Below, piece by piece: positions 8,754-11,259 of a stretch of 11,259 nucleotides of DNA. Within the stretch, counting starts at the first letter, position 1. Every line of letters starts with the position of its first letter. Source of the DNA: Methanobacteriaceae archaeon (GTDB lineage Archaea > Methanobacteriota > Methanobacteria > Methanobacteriales > Methanobacteriaceae); assembly GCA_003558085.1 (NCBI GenBank), contig PWMT01000165.1, forward strand, positions 1 through 11,259. Direction: 5' to 3'. The translations under genes and the position numbers were made by a program. A model generated the notes under the pieces. It did not search any database, had not been told where the DNA came from, and saw only the letters and a program-made list of their open reading frames with translations.

Positions 8754-10397
8754 ATGGCACAATATAACGCACAAAGCGGACAAGGCCAACCAATTTTAGT
8801 CTTACCGGAAGGTACTAATAGGTTTATAGGAAGAGATGCTCAAAGAACAAATATCTTAGCAGGAAAAGTTTTAGCAGAGACCGTAAGAACCACTTTAGGT
8901 CCTAGAGGTATGGACAAAATGTTAGTGGATTCATTAGGAGACATTGTAGTCACTAATGACGGTGTAACCATTCTCAAAGAAATGGATATTGAACATCCAG
9001 CAGCTAAAATGTTAGTTGAAGTTGCTAAAACTCAGGAAGATGAAGTAGGAGACGGAACAACTACTGCAGTGATTATCGCTGGAGAATTACTCAAAAAGGC
9101 AGAAAACTTATTGGATATGGATATACATCCCACCATCATAGCTATGGGATACCGACAAGCTGCTGAAAAAGCTCAAGAATTATTAAATGGTATTGCTATT
9201 GATGCTGAAGATAGGGAAACTTTAGTAAAAGTGGCCATGACTGCCATGACAGGTAAAGGAACTGAAAAAGCCCGAGAACCTTTAGCAAGATTAGTAGTGG
9301 ACGCAGTTAAACAAGTTGAAGAAAATGGTGAAGTGGAAACTGACCATATAAAAATCGAGAAAAAAGACGGAGCTATAGCTGACGAATCTACTTTAGTACA
9401 AGGTGTAATAATTGATAAAGAAAGAGTGCACCCTGGAATGCCTAAAAAAGTGGAAGATGCTAAATTAGCTCTGTTAAACTGTCCAATAGAAGTTAAAGAA
9501 ACAGAAGTAGATGCTGAAATAAGAATCACTGACCCGGCTCAAATGCAAGCTTTCATTGACCAGGAAGAACAAATGATTCGAGACATGGTATATGCCATTG
9601 CTGATACCGGTGCTAAAGTTGTTTTCTCCCAAAAAGGAATAGATGATCTGGCCCAACATTACCTAGCTAAAGCAGGCATAATGGCAGTTAGAAGGGTTAA
9701 AAAATCTGACATGGAAAAATTAGCTAAAGCTACCGGAGCAAAAGTTGTAACCAACATCGATGATCTTTCATCCAATGATTTAGGTGAAGCAGGCCAAATC
9801 TCAGAAAAGAGAATTTCTGGTGAAGAAATGATCTTTGTAGAAGACTGTAAAGAACCTAAAGCAGTAACTCTTCTAGTTAGAGGATCTACAGACCACGTAG
9901 TATCTGAAATAGAAAGAGCTCTAGAAGACGCTATTGGTGTTGTAGCTGCTACTGTAGAAGATGGAAGAGTAGTAGCTGGTGGAGGAGCTCCTGAAGTTGA
10001 AATAGCTAAAAGATTAAAAGATTATGCTGATGCGATCAGTGGAAGAGAACAATTAGCTGTAGCTGCTTTCGCAGAAGCCTTAGAAGTTGTACCAAAAACC
10101 CTGGCTGAGAACGCTGGTTTAGATAGTATTGACTCCCTAGTGGATTTAAGAGCTGCTCATGAAAAATCACCTTACATGGGACTGGATGTCTTTGAAGGAG
10201 AAATTGAGGATATGTACAAAGCTGGTGTTATTGAACCGCACCGGGTTAAAAAACAAGCCATTCAATCTGCTGCCGAAGCTGCTGAAATGATTCTAAGAAT
10301 CGATGATGTAATAGCATCTAGTGGCTCAGAAGGACCTGATATGGGAGGAATGGAAGGTATGGGTGGTATGCCTGGAGGTATGCCTCCTATGATGTAA
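8754..10397 (+). CDS. ths: Thermosome subunit (group II chaperonin) with GGM tail; syntenic position suggests the MTH794/beta-type ortholog
   Basis: [54 protein letters not shown] and C-terminal [17 protein letters not shown]. The alpha/beta label cannot be fixed from sequence alone. Confidence 0.97.
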   Translation: MAQYNAQSGQGQPILVLPEGTNRFIGRDAQRTNILAGKVLAETVRTTLGPRGMDKMLVDSLGDIVVTNDGVTILKEMDIEHPAAKMLVEVAKTQEDEVGDGTTTAVIIAGELLKKAENLLDMDIHPTIIAMGYRQAAEKAQELLNGIAIDAEDRETLVKVAMTAMTGKGTEKAREPLARLVVDAVKQVEENGEVETDHIKIEKKDGAIADESTLVQGVIIDKERVHPGMPKKVEDAKLALLNCPIEVKETEVDAEIRITDPAQMQAFIDQEEQMIRDMVYAIADTGAKVVFSQKGIDDLAQHYLAKAGIMAVRRVKKSDMEKLAKATGAKVVTNIDDLSSNDLGEAGQISEKRISGEEMIFVEDCKEPKAVTLLVRGSTDHVVSEIERALEDAIGVVAATVEDGRVVAGGGAPEVEIAKRLKDYADAISGREQLAVAAFAEALEVVPKTLAENAGLDSIDSLVDLRAAHEKSPYMGLDVFEGEIEDMYKAGVIEPHRVKKQAIQSAAEAAEMILRIDDVIASSGSEGPDMGGMEGMGGMPGGMPPMM

Positions 10398-10431
10398 GTT
10401 AAAGGTTGAGAAACCTTTACTTATTTTTTTT
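10395..10431 (+). terminator. Hairpin plus T-tract terminator of the thermosome gene
   Basis: TAAGT(T)AAAGGTT-GAGA-AACCTTT-ACTTA stem-loop (GNRA tetraloop, one bulge) followed by T8 at 10424-10431. Confidence 0.8.
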
Positions 10432-10616
10432 ATTTTAATTTAGAATCAAAATTATCTAGTTACTTATTTTTTATTTTAAAAATAGAATTCTATTAATAAT
10501 TATTTTTTTTAAATAGCTGATCTAGATTTATGCTAGCTTCTGAAATTCATTTATATAAAAACTTTTTCAAGCACCTTTTTTATTAAAAAATTTTTGCATA
10601 ATATTATTTTAACCAT

Positions 10617-10632
10617 AAAAGGTTTATATACC
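10617..10632 (+). promoter_or_regulatory. BRE/TATA promoter of the pseudomurein-binding protein gene
   Basis: AAAAGG followed by consensus TTTATATA (10623-10630), about 60 nt upstream of ATG 10692. Confidence 0.6.
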
Positions 10633-10691
10633 TTGAAAAATATAATATAATCCAAGAAAAGGCATTACACCCTTATTAGGGTGTGATTATA

Positions 10692-11259
10692 ATGTTATAT
10701 TTAAGTAATAGTAAAGTAATGCTTGTAATGGTTATCATTATCAGCATGGGTTTTATTCTAAATACTAATGGGATTGAAATTTCCCCAAGATTAATGCAGA
10801 ACAGTGAAAATCCAACAATAAACCATCCTTTTATTGAAGTAGATGCAACTGATAATGTTCAATTAACATCAACAGGAAATACTTACACCATTTCTCAATT
10901 GACAGATGCTGCAACTCGAGTTAGAACTTTCATACAACTCAACAATCGCCTACCTAATTTTGTAACTATTGCTGGTGAACGGGTGGCGATGTCTGATTTT
11001 CTTTATTTGATGACTCGTGTTACTGTTAATTTGGATCAGGGTGATTTTAGTTCTCTAGAGCATTACCAGGTTAATGATCCGTTGGGCAGTCGCGATGAAC
11101 TTAGAAGTGGTAATATTCTTCGCGATGAATATGTGGATTTAGCTGGGGAAGTTAATGATTATGTGGAGTCTACGGGACGTGCTCCTGCTTCTATTAGTTC
11201 TTCCCAGGGAAATATTGGCTTTGAATCTCAAGTTTATCTTTTCTCCAGAATTGTAGGCT
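10692..11259 (+). CDS. Secreted or membrane-anchored pseudomurein-binding repeat (PMBR) protein, 5' part (runs off the window)
   Basis: Manual translation is open to the window end: MLYLSNSKVMLVMVIIISMGFILN (hydrophobic signal/anchor)...YTISQLTDAATRVRTFIQLNNRLPNFVTIAGERVAMSDFLYLMTR...GNILRDEYVDLAGEVNDYVESTGRAPASISSSQGNIGFESQVYLFSRIVG. These are typical PMBR repeats (F...N.RLPN.V; G.I.FESLVY.FSRI). SD GGGTGTGA. Confidence 0.88.
   Translation, partial: MLYLSNSKVMLVMVIIISMGFILNTNGIEISPRLMQNSENPTINHPFIEVDATDNVQLTSTGNTYTISQLTDAATRVRTFIQLNNRLPNFVTIAGERVAMSDFLYLMTRVTVNLDQGDFSSLEHYQVNDPLGSRDELRSGNILRDEYVDLAGEVNDYVESTGRAPASISSSQGNIGFESQVYLFSRIVG

Noticed and set aside
1639..9659. Twelve short minus-strand ORFs from the track (e.g. 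1639-1824, 1885-2148, 3182-3490, 4732-5109, 6248-6643, 9173-9529)
   Set aside because: They are antisense shadows of well-supported plus-strand genes, with no motifs recognised. 1639-1824 mostly lies opposite the extended aroK N-terminus.
10339..10394. Repetitive GGx-ATG sequence at the thermosome 3' end
   Set aside because: Explained by the well-known GGM chaperonin tail.
1..11259. CRISPR array, tRNA/rRNA, IS element, prophage or defence genes
   Set aside because: No regularly spaced repeats, cloverleaf or rRNA-like GC-rich segments, or transposase/integrase motifs were seen.

Overview
Core-genome region of an AT-rich methanogenic archaeon of the Methanobacteriales (Methanobacterium-like). 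The assignment rests on an archaeal GHMP-type shikimate kinase, S17e, a group II chaperonin and a pseudomurein-binding-repeat protein. On the minus strand are a thioredoxin-like CPYC protein (partial, missed by the ORF track) and sppA. On the plus strand is a divergent cluster aroK-aroQ-rps17e-lysC-dapA-dapB-asd-PAP2 phosphatase-hypothetical coiled-coil/wHTH protein, followed by a thermosome subunit with a hairpin+T-tract terminator and the 5' part of a secreted pseudomurein-binding protein (also missed by the ORF track). From memory, the gene order matches Methanothermobacter MTH807-MTH794. I see no mobile element, CRISPR array, RNA gene or clearly new multi-gene system. The most notable oddities are: shikimate kinase coding sequence extends about 55 codons upstream of its first ATG with no in-frame ATG/GTG/TTG (candidate ATC/ATA start); two overlapping perfect inverted repeats lie just upstream of it; a hairpin sequesters the Shine-Dalgarno (SD) site of the pseudomurein-binding gene; that gene shows an abrupt codon-composition switch; and the cluster ends in an uncharacterised coiled-coil/winged-helix gene.
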